Source: Thiobacillus sp. UBA3361 (GTDB lineage Bacteria > Pseudomonadota > Gammaproteobacteria > Burkholderiales > Thiobacillaceae). From it: 64,000 nucleotides of DNA. Below are positions 44,245 to 53,945 of the stretch, piece after piece. Below the pieces are notes generated by a model. It was not told the DNA's origin. It searched no databases and was given only the letters and a program-made list of their open reading frames with translations. The stretch is from positions 4,279-68,278 of the forward strand of contig DEQR01000003.1 in NCBI GenBank assembly GCA_002360535.1. Direction: 5' to 3'. The translations under genes were made by a program, and so were the position numbers. How positions within the stretch are numbered: the stretch's first letter is position 1; each line of letters begins with the position of its first letter.

Positions 44245-44422
44245 AAATCCACCAAAGGAGGAGGATGGAGGAGACGACACTGACAACGTTCAGGGAGGTA
44301 AACGTCGAGCGTCAGTGTCATAAGCATCATCTAATATTGTGATCCAATGATCAACTTTGATTTATGTTCCGGCACATCCTTGCATTCACCAGTGTTGCAC
44401 GATAGCTACAACATCGGACTTG
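44216..44422 (-). ncRNA. candidate small RNA or structured dnaE 3' UTR (unverified)
   Basis: A minus-strand TATAAT at 44434-44429 suggests a transcript of about 200 nt. It contains a 9-bp stem (GACACUGAC/GUCAGUGUC, 44319-44276), a single-stranded CU-rich tract (CUCCUCCAUCCUCCUCCUUUGG) and the U8 terminator. No credible ORF. The 5' end is a guess. Confidence 0.3.
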
Positions 44423-44516
44423 AAGTTCATTATAGTATTGTTTTTGTTATGTTTTTTATTGCGGCACATCCATAACAAGCAACCCGGCTGTGGCCGAGTA
44501 CGCTAGTCAAATAAAT

Positions 44517-47500
44517 TCAATTGATATTTCTGCGGCTTGCATACTGAACGGACACGTTTTCCGGGCTCAGCCAATCCCTGAGTTCCTTCAACAGGTCGTC
44601 GCTCAGCCGGATACGCCATTCGCGACCCAGGTCCAACTGGCAACGGGCGGAACGGTTCCGGTAGGAGAGCCTGACCGGACACCCCTGTTCCGCCAGGCGG
44701 AAAGGCTTGAGGGATTCCAGCAGCCGCTCTGCGTTGGCCTCGCCGTTGAGGCTGATGCGCAGCCGCTCGGCGAACCGGCCGCGGATGCCCTCCAGGTCGA
44801 AAAGCTCGTCGGCGGTCACCCTCAATCCACCGGAATAGCTGTCCAGACTGACCTTGCCCTGCACCGCCAGCACACTGTCTTCCCGGAGCCGGTCCCGCCA
44901 GCGCTCGAACAACTCGCTGAACACCGCCACGTCCAGCTGGGTGCGGCCGTCGTCCAGTTGTACGAAAGCCATGCGCCCGCGCCGGGTCTGTTGCACGCGC
45001 ACGGTGTTGATGATGCCGGCCATGAGGACCGGAGCCTGCTGTGGGGCGATCTCGGCCAGCCCCTTGCCGAGGATGCCGGCCAGTTCCGGACGGTAGGCAT
45101 CGAAGGGGTGACCGCTGAAATAGAACCCCAGGGCGGTCTTTTCCTGCGCCAGGCGGGTCCTCAGGTCCCAGGCCGGCGTGGGCACCAGGGGCGGGACCGG
45201 GTCGTCGCCGGGGCCGTCGAACAGGCTGTTCTGGCTGGCGTGGCGTTCGGCGTTCTCGGCCCATTCCATGGCCAGGCCGACGTTGTTCAGCAGCACCGCG
45301 CGGTCTGGATTGAGGCTGTCGAAGGCGCCGGCCTTGACCAGGGCCTCGATGCTGCGTCGGTTGACGGTGCGCCGATCGACCCGGCGGCAGAAGTCGAACA
45401 GGTCGGTGAACGCGCCCTCTTCCTCGCGCGCGGCGAGGATGCAGTCGATGGCCGATCCGCCGGTGCCCTTGATCGCGCCCAGACCGTAGCGGATGCGGGT
45501 GCGATCCACCGGCACGAAGCGGTATTCGCTCAGGTTCACGTCCGGCGGCAGGATTTCCAGGTCGTTGGACTGGGCGTCCTTGCAGAAGACCTGCACCGAG
45601 TCCGTGTCGTCCAGGTCCGAGGACAGGGTGGCGGCCATGAAGGCGGCAGTATGGTGCTTCTTGAGCCAGGCGGTCTGGTAGGTGATGACCGCGTAGGCGG
45701 CGGTGTGGGACTTGTTGAAGCCGTATTCCGCGAACTTCTCCATCAGGTCGAAGAGGCGCATCGCCAGTTCCGGGTCGTAGCCCTTCTCCGCCGCGCCCTG
45801 GCTGAAGATTTCCCGATGCTTGGCCATCTCCTCGGCCTTCTTCTTGCCCATCGCCCGGCGCAGCAGGTCGGCGCCGCCCAGGGTGTAGCCGCCGATGATC
45901 TGGGAGATCTGCATCACCTGTTCCTGATAGACGATGACCCCATAGGTGGGCTCCAGGCAGGCCTTCAAATCCGGGTGAAAGTAGTCGATGGCCTGCTTGC
46001 CCTTCTTGCGCAAGATGAAGTCATCGACCATGCCCGAGCCCAGGGGGCCGGGCCGGTAGAGCGCCAGTACGGCGATGATGTCCTCGAAGCGGTCCGGCTC
46101 CAGCTTGGCCAGCAGCTTCTTCATGCCCTCCGATTCCACCTGGAAGATGGCAGTGGTATTGGCCTTTTTCAGGATCTCGTAGGCGGCCGGGTCGTCGAAA
46201 CTCAAGCTTTCCAGGTCGATGCGCGCGGCCGGGTCCAGGCGCTGGATGTATTTCAGAGCCAGGTCGATGATGGTCAGGTTGCGCAGGCCCAGGAAGTCGA
46301 ACTTCACCAGGCCGATCTTCTCCACGTCGTCCTTGTCGAACTGGGACACCACCGAGTCCGAGCCCTCGGCGTTGTACAGCGGACAGAAGTCGGTGAGTTT
46401 GCCCGGCGCGATCAGCACCCCGCCGGCGTGCATGCCGACGTTGCGGGTCAGGCCTTCCAGCTTGCGGGCCAGGTCGAACAGCTCGCGCACCTCCTCCTCG
46501 TTATCGTAGCGATCCTTCAGCTCCGGCACCTCGTCCAGGGCCTGGTCGAGGCTGACGTTCTTGCCCGGCGCCGAGGGGATCATCTTGGAGAGCTGGTCGC
46601 AGAAATTGTACGGCAAGTCCAGCACCCGGCCCACGTCGCGCACCACCGCCCGGGCGGCCATGGTGCCGAAGGTGGCGATCTGGCTGACCGCGTCGGCGCC
46701 GTACTTGTCGCGCACATACTCGATCACCTTCCAGCGGTTGTCCTGGCAGAAATCGATATCGAAGTCGGGCATCGACACCCGCTCCGGGTTCAGGAAGCGC
46801 TCGAACAGCAGTGCGTAGGCCAGGGGGTCCAGGTCGGTGATGCCGATGGCGTAGGCCACCAGCGAGCCCGCGCCGGAACCGCGCCCCGGCCCCACCGGCA
46901 CGCCGTTGTGCTTGGCCCAGTTGATGAAATCGGCCACGATCAGGAAGTAGCCGGGGAAGCCCATCTGGATGATGGTCCTCAGCTCCAGCTCCAGGCGCGC
47001 CTGATATTCGGGCAGTTTGGCCTCGCGCTTGGCTGGATCGGGATAAAGCTTGAGCATGCGCTCGGCCAGACCATCGCGGGCGCGCTGCATCAGGTAGTTG
47101 TCCAGGTCCAGGCCCGGCGGCGTGGGAAAGACCGGCAACTGGCTCTTGCCCAAGGTCAGGGTCAGGTTGCAGCGGCGGGCGATCTCCAGACTGTTTTCCA
47201 GGGCCTCGGGCAGGTCGGCGAAGGCCTCGGCCATCTCCGCCTGGGACTTGAAGTAATCATCCTCGGTGAAGCGTTGCGGCCGGCGCTTGTCGGCCAGCAC
47301 ATAGCCCTCGGCGATACACAGCCGCGCCTCGTGGGCCTTGAAGTCGTCCCGATGCATGAACTGCACCGGATGGGTGGCCACCACCGGCAGGCCCAGCTCG
47401 TCCGCCAGGTCCAGGGCGCCGGCCAACTGCCGTTCCGCATCGGGGCGGCCGTTGCGCTGGATCTCCAGGTAGTAGCGGTCCGGGAACAGGCGCGCCCACT

Positions 47501-47999
47501 CGGCCGCCTGGACACGGGCGGTGTCCCAGGACTCGTTGAGCAGCGCCTGGCCGACATCGCCCCACTGCGCCCCGGACAAGGCAATCAGGCCGTGAGTTCC
47601 ATCGCACAACCAGTCCGGCGCGATCATCGCCCGACCGCGGTGCAGGTTCTCGCGGTAGGCTCGGCTCAGCAGCTCGCACAGCCGCCGGTAGCCCTCGCGG
47701 TGCTGCACCAGCAGAAGCAGCCGGGCCGGCTTGTCCTCCTGGCCGCGCGGGGCGGTCCACACGTCGCAGCCGATGATGGGCTTGATGCCCTGCTTGCGCG
47801 CCGCGCTGTAGAACTTGACCATGCCGAACACGTTGGACAAATCGGTGAGGGCCAGCGCCGGCATGCCGTCCGCCCGTGCCGCCTCGACGGGCGGACAGCG
47901 ATGCGCCTTGCCCTCGTCGAGCCGCACCAGCCCGTCCACCACGGAAAATTCGCTGTGCAGTCGCAGATGGACGAAACGGGGATGGGGGCTTTCGGTCAT
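44517..47999 (-). CDS. dnaE: DNA polymerase III subunit alpha
   Basis: 1160 aa. PHP domain N-terminus (FVHLRLHSEFSVVDGLVR), polymerase core (GRGSGAGSLVAYAIGITDLDP ... PDFDIDFC), and an OB fold at the C-terminus. Confidence 0.97.
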   Translation of the reverse strand: MTESPHPRFVHLRLHSEFSVVDGLVRLDEGKAHRCPPVEAARADGMPALALTDLSNVFGMVKFYSAARKQGIKPIIGCDVWTAPRGQEDKPARLLLLVQHREGYRRLCELLSRAYRENLHRGRAMIAPDWLCDGTHGLIALSGAQWGDVGQALLNESWDTARVQAAEWARLFPDRYYLEIQRNGRPDAERQLAGALDLADELGLPVVATHPVQFMHRDDFKAHEARLCIAEGYVLADKRRPQRFTEDDYFKSQAEMAEAFADLPEALENSLEIARRCNLTLTLGKSQLPVFPTPPGLDLDNYLMQRARDGLAERMLKLYPDPAKREAKLPEYQARLELELRTIIQMGFPGYFLIVADFINWAKHNGVPVGPGRGSGAGSLVAYAIGITDLDPLAYALLFERFLNPERVSMPDFDIDFCQDNRWKVIEYVRDKYGADAVSQIATFGTMAARAVVRDVGRVLDLPYNFCDQLSKMIPSAPGKNVSLDQALDEVPELKDRYDNEEEVRELFDLARKLEGLTRNVGMHAGGVLIAPGKLTDFCPLYNAEGSDSVVSQFDKDDVEKIGLVKFDFLGLRNLTIIDLALKYIQRLDPAARIDLESLSFDDPAAYEILKKANTTAIFQVESEGMKKLLAKLEPDRFEDIIAVLALYRPGPLGSGMVDDFILRKKGKQAIDYFHPDLKACLEPTYGVIVYQEQVMQISQIIGGYTLGGADLLRRAMGKKKAEEMAKHREIFSQGAAEKGYDPELAMRLFDLMEKFAEYGFNKSHTAAYAVITYQTAWLKKHHTAAFMAATLSSDLDDTDSVQVFCKDAQSNDLEILPPDVNLSEYRFVPVDRTRIRYGLGAIKGTGGSAIDCILAAREEEGAFTDLFDFCRRVDRRTVNRRSIEALVKAGAFDSLNPDRAVLLNNVGLAMEWAENAERHASQNSLFDGPGDDPVPPLVPTPAWDLRTRLAQEKTALGFYFSGHPFDAYRPELAGILGKGLAEIAPQQAPVLMAGIINTVRVQQTRRGRMAFVQLDDGRTQLDVAVFSELFERWRDRLREDSVLAVQGKVSLDSYSGGLRVTADELFDLEGIRGRFAERLRISLNGEANAERLLESLKPFRLAEQGCPVRLSYRNRSARCQLDLGREWRIRLSDDLLKELRDWLSPENVSVQYASRRNIN

Positions 48000-48042
48000 G
48001 GCGGAATTTTACCGCCCACGAACCACGATACCGGGAGAAATG

Positions 48043-48066
48043 AAAAAGCCGGCTGAACGCCGGCTT
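48043..48066 (-). terminator. intrinsic terminator downstream of tRNA-Val
   Basis: Minus strand: AGCCGGC-GTTCA-GCCGGCT followed by TTTTT. Confidence 0.6.
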
Positions 48067-48074
48067 GTGGAATC

Positions 48075-48150
48075 TGGTGGGCGGCACAGGGATTGAACCT
48101 GTGACCTCTCCCGTGTGAAGGGAGCGCTCTACCACTGAGACTAGCCGCCC
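48075..48150 (-). tRNA. tRNA-Val (anticodon CAC)
   Basis: 76 nt: GGGCGGC...GCCGCCCACCA. The 7-bp acceptor stem is perfect. Anticodon arm CTCCC-TTCACAC-GGGAG, T arm ACAGG-TTCAATC-CCTGT, CCA encoded. The D stem pairs poorly as I fold it by eye. Confidence 0.8.
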
Positions 48151-48262
48151 GAGCGAGGCGCGATTCTACATGTGAGGCCGGACGAGCGTCAAAACGATTT
48201 TCCCGGACTGTTTTCCCCCTGCCATCCAGTAAAATCCCATTGTTTCAGTCCAGCGAGCCTTC

Positions 48263-49684
48263 ATGATCCGCACCCGCTTCGCCCCCTCGCCCACCGGCTA
48301 CCTGCATATCGGCGGCGCCCGCACGGCGCTGTTTTCCTGGGCCTATGCCCGCAAGCACGGCGGCCAGTTCGTGCTGCGCATCGAGGACACGGATCAGGAA
48401 CGCTCCACCCTGGAATCCGAACAGGCCATCCTGGACGGCCTGAGCTGGCTGGGCATCGACTGGGACGAAGGACCGCATTACCAGATGCGCCGCCTGGACC
48501 GCTACAAGGCGGTCGCCGAGCAACTGCTGGCGGAAGGCAAGGCCTACCCTTGCTACGCCAGCAAGGAGGAACTGGAGGCGATGCGCGAGGCGCAGCGCGC
48601 GCGCGGCGAGAAACCCCGCTACGACGGCCGCTGGCGGCCGGCGCCGGGCAAGATGCTGCCCGAACCCCCCGCGGGTGTGACGCCGGTGATCCGCTTCATG
48701 ACCCCCCTCGCCGGCGAGGTGACCTTCGACGACCTGATCAAGGGACCCATCACCGTCGCCAACGGGGAACTGGACGACCTGGTCATCATGCGCGGCGACG
48801 GTATCCCCACCTACAACTTCGGGGTGGTCATCGACGACTGGGACATGGGCATCACCCATGTCATCCGCGGCGACGACCACGTCAACAACACGCCTCGCCA
48901 GATCAACATACTCAAGGCCCTGGGCGCCCCCGTGCCGGTCTATGCCCATGTGCCGATGATCCTGGGCCACGACGGCGAACGCCTGTCCAAACGCCATGGC
49001 GCGGTGTCGGTGCTGCAATACCAGGAGGACGGCTACCTGCCAGAGGCATTGCTCAACTACCTGGCCCGTCTGGGTTGGGGCCATGGCGACGCGGAGAAAT
49101 TCTCCATGGGGGAATTCGTCGAGTGGTTCGACGTGGCCAACGTGAGCCATTCGCCGGCCCGTTTCGACCAGGGCAAACTGGCCTGGCTGAACCAGCAATA
49201 TCTGAAGGAGGCCGGTAACGCGCGGCTCGCCGATCTGGCCCGGCCGTTCCTGGACAAACAGGGCGTGGAGACCGGCGCCGGCCCGGCACCGGCCGATCTG
49301 ATGGGCCTGCTGAAGGAGCGCGTGGCCACCGTCGAGGAATTGGCCGACGCGGCCCACATCTATTACCGCCACGCCCTGCCCCCGGTGGAGGAGGTGCGTG
49401 AGAAGCTGGATGCCGCCGCCCTGCCCGCCCTGGAAAAACTGGCTGCCGACCTGGCCACGGTGGCTTGGGAAGCGCCGGCCATCAATCAGCTCATGAAGGA
49501 CACCGCCAAGACCTTCGGACTGAAGATGGGCCAGATCGGCATTCCCCTGCGGCTGGTGCTGTTCGGCACCGCCCAGACCCCGTCCATCGACGCCGTGCTG
49601 ACCCTGCTCGGCCGGAAACGCACCCTGGCCCGCTTCGCCGCCGCCTGGCCCCATGTCCTGGCAGCCATTGAACAACAAGCCTGA
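48263..49684 (+). CDS. gltX: glutamate--tRNA ligase
   Basis: MIRTRFAPSPTGYLHIGGARTALFSWAYARKHGGQFVLRIEDTDQERS (HIGH motif) and KLSKRHG (KMSKS-type motif). Confidence 0.97.
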   Translation: MIRTRFAPSPTGYLHIGGARTALFSWAYARKHGGQFVLRIEDTDQERSTLESEQAILDGLSWLGIDWDEGPHYQMRRLDRYKAVAEQLLAEGKAYPCYASKEELEAMREAQRARGEKPRYDGRWRPAPGKMLPEPPAGVTPVIRFMTPLAGEVTFDDLIKGPITVANGELDDLVIMRGDGIPTYNFGVVIDDWDMGITHVIRGDDHVNNTPRQINILKALGAPVPVYAHVPMILGHDGERLSKRHGAVSVLQYQEDGYLPEALLNYLARLGWGHGDAEKFSMGEFVEWFDVANVSHSPARFDQGKLAWLNQQYLKEAGNARLADLARPFLDKQGVETGAGPAPADLMGLLKERVATVEELADAAHIYYRHALPPVEEVREKLDAAALPALEKLAADLATVAWEAPAINQLMKDTAKTFGLKMGQIGIPLRLVLFGTAQTPSIDAVLTLLGRKRTLARFAAAWPHVLAAIEQQA

Positions 49685-49689
49685 CCGCT

Positions 49690-50331
49690 ATGCCACGCAA
49701 GAACAACACCCTGAATGCCAAGATGAAGCTCATCGCTTCGCTGACCAGCCCGTTCGCCCGCAAGGTGCGCATCGTGGCCGCGGAGAAGTTCACCGAATAC
49801 GAACTGATCGTGGACATACCCTGGAACGAGGACACACAGGTGCCCAAGTACAACCCCCTGGGCAAGGTGCCGGTGTGGATCATGGAGGATGGCAAGGCCC
49901 TGTACGACTCGCGGGTCATCGTCGAGTACCTGGACAGCGTCAGCCCGGTCAACCACCTGCTCCCCAAGGACGCCCGGCCGCGCATCATGGTCAAACGCTG
50001 GGAGGCCCTGGCCGACGGGGTGTGCGATGCAGCGGCCACTGTGTTCCTGGAGAAGAAGCGCCCTGCAGCCCAGCAGAATCCCGACTGGATCCAGCGCCAG
50101 ATGGGCAAGGTGTTCGCCGGCCTGAACGCCATGTCCGTGGACCTGGGGCATCAGAATTACTGCACCGGCGAGTTCTTCAACCTGGCGGACATCGCCGTGG
50201 GCTGCGCCCTGGGCTACCTGGAATTCCGTTTCCCCGAACTGGAATGGCGCCGCGCCCACCCCAACCTGTCGGAACTGTACGACCGGCTGATGCTGCGTCC
50301 GTCCTTCAAGGAGACGGTGCCGGTCGGCTGA
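49690..50331 (+). CDS. glutathione S-transferase family protein
   Basis: Thioredoxin-like N-domain (KLIASLTSPFARKVRIV ... NPLGKVPVWIMEDGKALYDSRVIVEYL) and a helical C-domain. An alternative start is at 49723. Confidence 0.75.
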   Translation: MPRKNNTLNAKMKLIASLTSPFARKVRIVAAEKFTEYELIVDIPWNEDTQVPKYNPLGKVPVWIMEDGKALYDSRVIVEYLDSVSPVNHLLPKDARPRIMVKRWEALADGVCDAAATVFLEKKRPAAQQNPDWIQRQMGKVFAGLNAMSVDLGHQNYCTGEFFNLADIAVGCALGYLEFRFPELEWRRAHPNLSELYDRLMLRPSFKETVPVG

Positions 50332-50340
50332 GGGACGCTC

Positions 50341-51273
50341 CTACAGCAGACCGTCCTTGGACATGCCCCGGCGGCGCAGGATGCGGCGCAGGGTGTGGAG
50401 GGCCTCCAACTGGATCTGGCGCACCCGCTCCCGGGTCACCCCCAGGTGTTCCGCCAGTTCCTCCAGGGTGGCCACGTCATGGTTGTTCAGGCCGAAGCGC
50501 CGCTCGATGACCCAGCGGTGTTTGTCGGACAATTCCAGCAGCCACTCCCGCACATAGTGCTCCACCTCCATGGTCTGGAGCATTTCTTCGGGCTGCTCGG
50601 AATGTTCGTCGGCAATGGCCTCACCGATGGACAGGGTGGGGTCGATGTCCAGGGGGGCGTCCAGGGAAGCCACCCGATCGTTCAAGGCCAGCACCCGGCG
50701 CACCTCCTCCACCGCCCGGCCGGTCAGGTGGGCGATGTCCTCCGGGCCCGCGTCGGGCACACCGTGCATCTCCAGGTGCCGCTGGGCGCGCAGGTAGATG
50801 TTCAGTTCCTTGATCACATGCACCGGCAGACGGATGGTGCGCGACTGGTTCATGATGGCCCGCTCGATGTTCTGGCGAATCCACCAGGTGGCATAGGTGG
50901 AGAAGCGGAAGCCGCGTTCAGGCTCGAACTTCTCCAGGGCGTGCATCAGCCCCAGGTTGCCTTCCTCGATCAGATCCAGCAGTGAGAGACCGCGGTTGAT
51001 GTAGTGCTTAGCGATGTTCACCACCAGGCGCAGATTGTGCTCGATCATCTTCTGCCGGGCCTCGAAATCCCCGGCCCGCACCCGCGCCGACAACCTGCGC
51101 TCCTCTTCCGGCGACAGCAAGCTCTCGCGGCCGATCTCGTTCAGATATATCTGGGTGACATCCTGGGATTCGTCGTACTCGGTGTCACCCTCCGACGGGG
51201 CCTCGGCCACGGCCCCGTCGTCGGAGCCAGCCGGCTCGATGGTATCGGGTTCAAGTTCGTTCTCGTCCTGCAT
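50341..51273 (-). CDS. rpoS: RNA polymerase sigma factor RpoS
   Basis: Sigma-70 family regions 1.2 to 4 (DVTQIYLNEIG, NLRLVVNIAKHY, STYATWWIRQNIERA, LEELAEHLGVTRERVRQIQ). The gene sits directly downstream of nlpD, as in the canonical surE-pcm-nlpD-rpoS cluster. Confidence 0.9.
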   Translation of the reverse strand: MQDENELEPDTIEPAGSDDGAVAEAPSEGDTEYDESQDVTQIYLNEIGRESLLSPEEERRLSARVRAGDFEARQKMIEHNLRLVVNIAKHYINRGLSLLDLIEEGNLGLMHALEKFEPERGFRFSTYATWWIRQNIERAIMNQSRTIRLPVHVIKELNIYLRAQRHLEMHGVPDAGPEDIAHLTGRAVEEVRRVLALNDRVASLDAPLDIDPTLSIGEAIADEHSEQPEEMLQTMEVEHYVREWLLELSDKHRWVIERRFGLNNHDVATLEELAEHLGVTRERVRQIQLEALHTLRRILRRRGMSKDGLL

Positions 51274-51282
51274 CCTGTGTCC

Positions 51283-51993
51283 TCAATCCGGCAGGTATCT
51301 GAGGGGATCCACCGGCTTGCCGTATTCCCGTATCTCGAAGTGGAGCTTGACCCTTTGCGCGTCGCTGTCGCCCATGGTCCCCACCGGGTGGCCCAGGGCC
51401 ACCCGCTCGCCCTCGGCCACCAATATCCGTTCCTGGTGGGCATAGGCCGACAACAGGCTGTCGCTGTGTTTGATGATGATGAGTTTTCCATAACCGCGCA
51501 AGCCGTCCCCCGCGTACATGACCCGGCCCGCCGCGGCCGCCCGCACGGGGCTTCCCTTCTGGCCGGCGATGTCGATGCCCTTGCTGCCGTTGGCCTCGTC
51601 GTAGTTCTTGAGCAGGATCCCGCGCACCGGCCAGTCCCAGGCCACCACCGCGCTCTGCGGCTCGGTGGGCGGTTGCGGAGTTGCGGTCACCGCCGTACGC
51701 GGCGGCGGGGTGAGGCGCAGCCTGGCCCCTGCCAGGATCAGGTTCGGATCGGCCAGCCCGTTCCAGTCGGCCAGTTCCTTGTAATCCAGTCCATTCTCGA
51801 AGGCGATACCGTAGAGGGTGTCACCCGGCTGCACCACATGGAAGCCGGCGGGTGCGGCGATGCGCACCTTTGCCTCCCGGGCGGGCTTTGGGCCGGATTC
51901 ACGGATGGGCGCGGGGTGTTTTCCGGTTCCTCCGCATCCGGCCAGCGTCAGGATGACGCCGCACAAGACGATGTATCCCGCCGCCGCCCTCAA
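51283..51993 (-). CDS. nlpD: LysM / M23 peptidase-domain lipoprotein NlpD
   Basis: Lipobox LTLAGC, LysM ([28 protein letters not shown]), and an M23-like C-terminus ([24 protein letters not shown]...GKLIIIKH). Confidence 0.9.
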   Translation of the reverse strand: MRAAAGYIVLCGVILTLAGCGGTGKHPAPIRESGPKPAREAKVRIAAPAGFHVVQPGDTLYGIAFENGLDYKELADWNGLADPNLILAGARLRLTPPPRTAVTATPQPPTEPQSAVVAWDWPVRGILLKNYDEANGSKGIDIAGQKGSPVRAAAAGRVMYAGDGLRGYGKLIIIKHSDSLLSAYAHQERILVAEGERVALGHPVGTMGDSDAQRVKLHFEIREYGKPVDPLRYLPD

Positions 51994-52646
51994 CTGACCC
52001 CCGACAGCAGGGGAACAAACTTCACCGCCTCCATGGTTTGTTCGCGAAAACCGTCGGCGGTGGCTTCGATCATCACCAGGCGCTGCTCGCTGCCATTGCC
52101 CACCGGGGCGACCAGGCGGCCACCGGTCTTCAGCTGGCGAGGCAGATCGCGGGGAATCTCGGGCATGGCCGCGGCCACCACGATGGCGTCATAGGGCGCC
52201 CCCTTATCGTAGCCATGGCTGCCGTCGGCCACCTTCATCATCACGTTCGTCACGCGCAGCTGCTGCAGGTTCAGCCGGGCCTGGCGCACCAGCTTGGCGA
52301 TGCGCTCCAGACTGATCACCTGCTTCGCCAGTCTGGACAACACCGCCGCCTGATAACCGCAGCCGCCGCCAATCTCCAGCACCCGCTCCAGAGGCTCGCC
52401 GTGATAGACCAACTCGCAGGAGCGGGCCACGGTCAGCGGGCTGGAGATGGTCTGGCCATGGCCGATGGGCAGCGGGGTGTCCTCGTAGGCCCGGCTTTGC
52501 AGGGCTTCTTCCAGAAAGACATGGCGCTGGATGCTGCCCATGACCGCCAGCACGGCGGGGTCCTTGATGCCCTGCTCCCTGAGACGCTCCACCATGCGCG
52601 CGCGGGTGCGCTGGGATGTCATGCCGATGCCCGGAGTCACGCTCAT
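51990..52646 (-). CDS. pcm: protein-L-isoaspartate O-methyltransferase
   Basis: 218 aa. The SAM motif [15 protein letters not shown] and overall PIMT-like sequence. The stop overlaps the nlpD start by 4 nt. Confidence 0.93.
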   Translation of the reverse strand: MSVTPGIGMTSQRTRARMVERLREQGIKDPAVLAVMGSIQRHVFLEEALQSRAYEDTPLPIGHGQTISSPLTVARSCELVYHGEPLERVLEIGGGCGYQAAVLSRLAKQVISLERIAKLVRQARLNLQQLRVTNVMMKVADGSHGYDKGAPYDAIVVAAAMPEIPRDLPRQLKTGGRLVAPVGNGSEQRLVMIEATADGFREQTMEAVKFVPLLSGVS

Positions 52647-52679
52647 GTCAGTTCCGCACGGCCGTTCCGAAGAAACTGA

Positions 52680-52761
52680 CCTCCCCCGCGGGGGGGTGAG
52701 GCAGGCAGTTCGCGGTGCACCACACCGCGCCTGCCGAACGGCCCGGCACCCTTGCCGGGCC
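52680..52761. repeat. three consecutive GC-rich hairpins in the surE-pcm spacer (REP/BIME-like)
   Basis: CCTCCCCC..GGGGGG(T)GAGG (52680-52701); GGCAGGC..CGCGGTG/CACCGCG..GCCTGCC (52700-52735); GGCCCGGCA-CCCT-TGCCGGGCC (52740-52761). Confidence 0.6.
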
Positions 52762-52795
52762 TCTGCGAGCTAGCGAGTCAGGGGGTCGTTTCATG

Positions 52796-53545
52796 TCAGC
52801 TGGCGGACAGCCAATCCTCCAGTACGCCCATCTGCGCATAGCGCGTCAGATCCACCTGCAACGGGGTCACGGAGATGCGTTGCTGGGCGATGGCATGGAA
52901 ATCAGTGCCCGGGCCTGCATCCTGAGCGCCGCCGGCGGCCCCCACCCAGTACATCAACTGGTTGCGCGGATTGATGGTCCGCACCACATCCTGGGCCTTG
53001 TGGCGCTTGCCCAGGCGGGTCACTTCCATGCCCTGGACGGACTCGGGCGGCACATCGGGCACGTTGACATTGAGCAGCACGGGCTCCCGCAGCGGCGTGC
53101 GGGCAAAGCGCCCCACCAGATCGGAGATGAAGGCCGCCGCGGTGGCGAAGCGCCCCTGCTGCTCATGCACCAGGGAAACGGCCACCGCCGGGATGCCGAG
53201 CAGGAAGCCCTCGGTGGCGGCGGCCACGGTGCCGGAATAAATCGTGTCGTCGCCCATGTTGGCGCCGTGGTTGACGCCGGAGATGACCATGTCGGGCAAC
53301 TCTGGCAGCAGCCCAGTGACCGCTAGGTGCACGCAGTCCGTCGGCGTGCCGTTCACGTAATAGAAGCCACCCGGCGCCTGGCGTACCACCAGTGGACGGT
53401 CTAGGGTCAGGGAGTTGCTGGCGCCGCTGCGGTCGCGTTCCGGCGCCACCACCGTCACACGGTGGCCTGCCTGTTCCAGAGTCCGGGCCAGTTCGGCCAG
53501 GCCCGGCGCGAAATATCCGTCATCGTTGCTGAGCAATATGTGCAT
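52796..53545 (-). CDS. surE: 5'/3'-nucleotidase SurE
   Basis: [48 protein letters not shown] is the canonical SurE N-terminus. Confidence 0.95.
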   Translation of the reverse strand: MHILLSNDDGYFAPGLAELARTLEQAGHRVTVVAPERDRSGASNSLTLDRPLVVRQAPGGFYYVNGTPTDCVHLAVTGLLPELPDMVISGVNHGANMGDDTIYSGTVAAATEGFLLGIPAVAVSLVHEQQGRFATAAAFISDLVGRFARTPLREPVLLNVNVPDVPPESVQGMEVTRLGKRHKAQDVVRTINPRNQLMYWVGAAGGAQDAGPGTDFHAIAQQRISVTPLQVDLTRYAQMGVLEDWLSAS

Positions 53546-53720
53546 GGAGGCGGGCTGGGCGTGGTGTCAGGACTAATGTCGCACGATCAGGGGCGAACTG
53601 TGTGGTGAATCGATCCGTCTGGGTTGAACTGGGAGCAACTGGGAGCATTTCCCGCCTGGTCAGGGATGCCCCGTATCCAGGACGCATATTTTATGCGGCC
53701 CGGAGAAGAAACTGAAAATG

Positions 53721-53749
53721 AAAAAGCCAGCGCGAATGCTGGCTTTTTC
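53721..53749. terminator. bidirectional-looking intrinsic terminator downstream of tRNA-Pro
   Basis: AAAAA-GCCAGC-GCGAAT-GCTGGC-TTTTT, with A- and T-tracts on both sides. Confidence 0.7.
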
Positions 53750-53780
53750 CTGGAGGACTCCTGACGAGTCCGAACTGTTT

Positions 53781-53857
53781 TGGTCGGGGCGAGAAGATTC
53801 GAACTTCCGACCCCCTGCACCCCATGCAGGTGCGCTACCAGGCTGCGCTACGCCCCG
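53781..53857 (-). tRNA. tRNA-Pro (anticodon GGG)
   Basis: 77 nt: CGGGGCGTAGCGCAGCCTGGTAGCGCACCTGCATGGGGTGCAGGGGGTCGGAAGTTCGAATCTTCTCGCCCCGACCA. The cloverleaf folds cleanly, the anticodon loop is AT-GGG-GT, and it is very similar to E. coli proL. Confidence 0.93.
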
Positions 53858-53945
53858 ACGAGCCGCGAATTATAGGGGCTGGCCCGGCGCTCGTAAACGG
53901 AAATTCCCGTCCCCGGAAGAAAGCCTTGATCTTGCCTGGGCGCGC

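Noticed and set aside
44265-44342. A 25-codon plus-strand ORF (MEETTLTTFREVNVERQCHKHHLIL) behind AAAGGAGGAGG, considered as a type I toxin.
   Set aside because: The peptide is hydrophilic with no TM segment. The SD-to-ATG spacing is very short, and there is no terminator on this strand. The purine-rich tract is more simply the complement of the minus-strand CU-rich element.
44490-48056. A 1188-aa plus-strand ORF opposite dnaE.
   Set aside because: It is antisense to an unambiguous DNA polymerase III alpha gene. The composition is biased (G/V/A/L/Q/H) and it has no recognisable motif.
47257-48135. A 292-aa ORF starting MVERSLHTGEVTGSIPVPPT, and the 77-aa ORF at 53587-53820 starting MQGVGSSNLLAPTK.
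   Set aside because: Their N-termini are translations of tRNA-Val and tRNA-Pro respectively, which are typical tRNA-derived peptide strings. The remainder is antisense or out-of-frame sequence.
53627-53646. A tandem duplication of the 10-mer AACTGGGAGC upstream of surE.
   Set aside because: There are only two copies, they are short, and no associated structure or motif is visible. This is probably a trivial slippage duplication.
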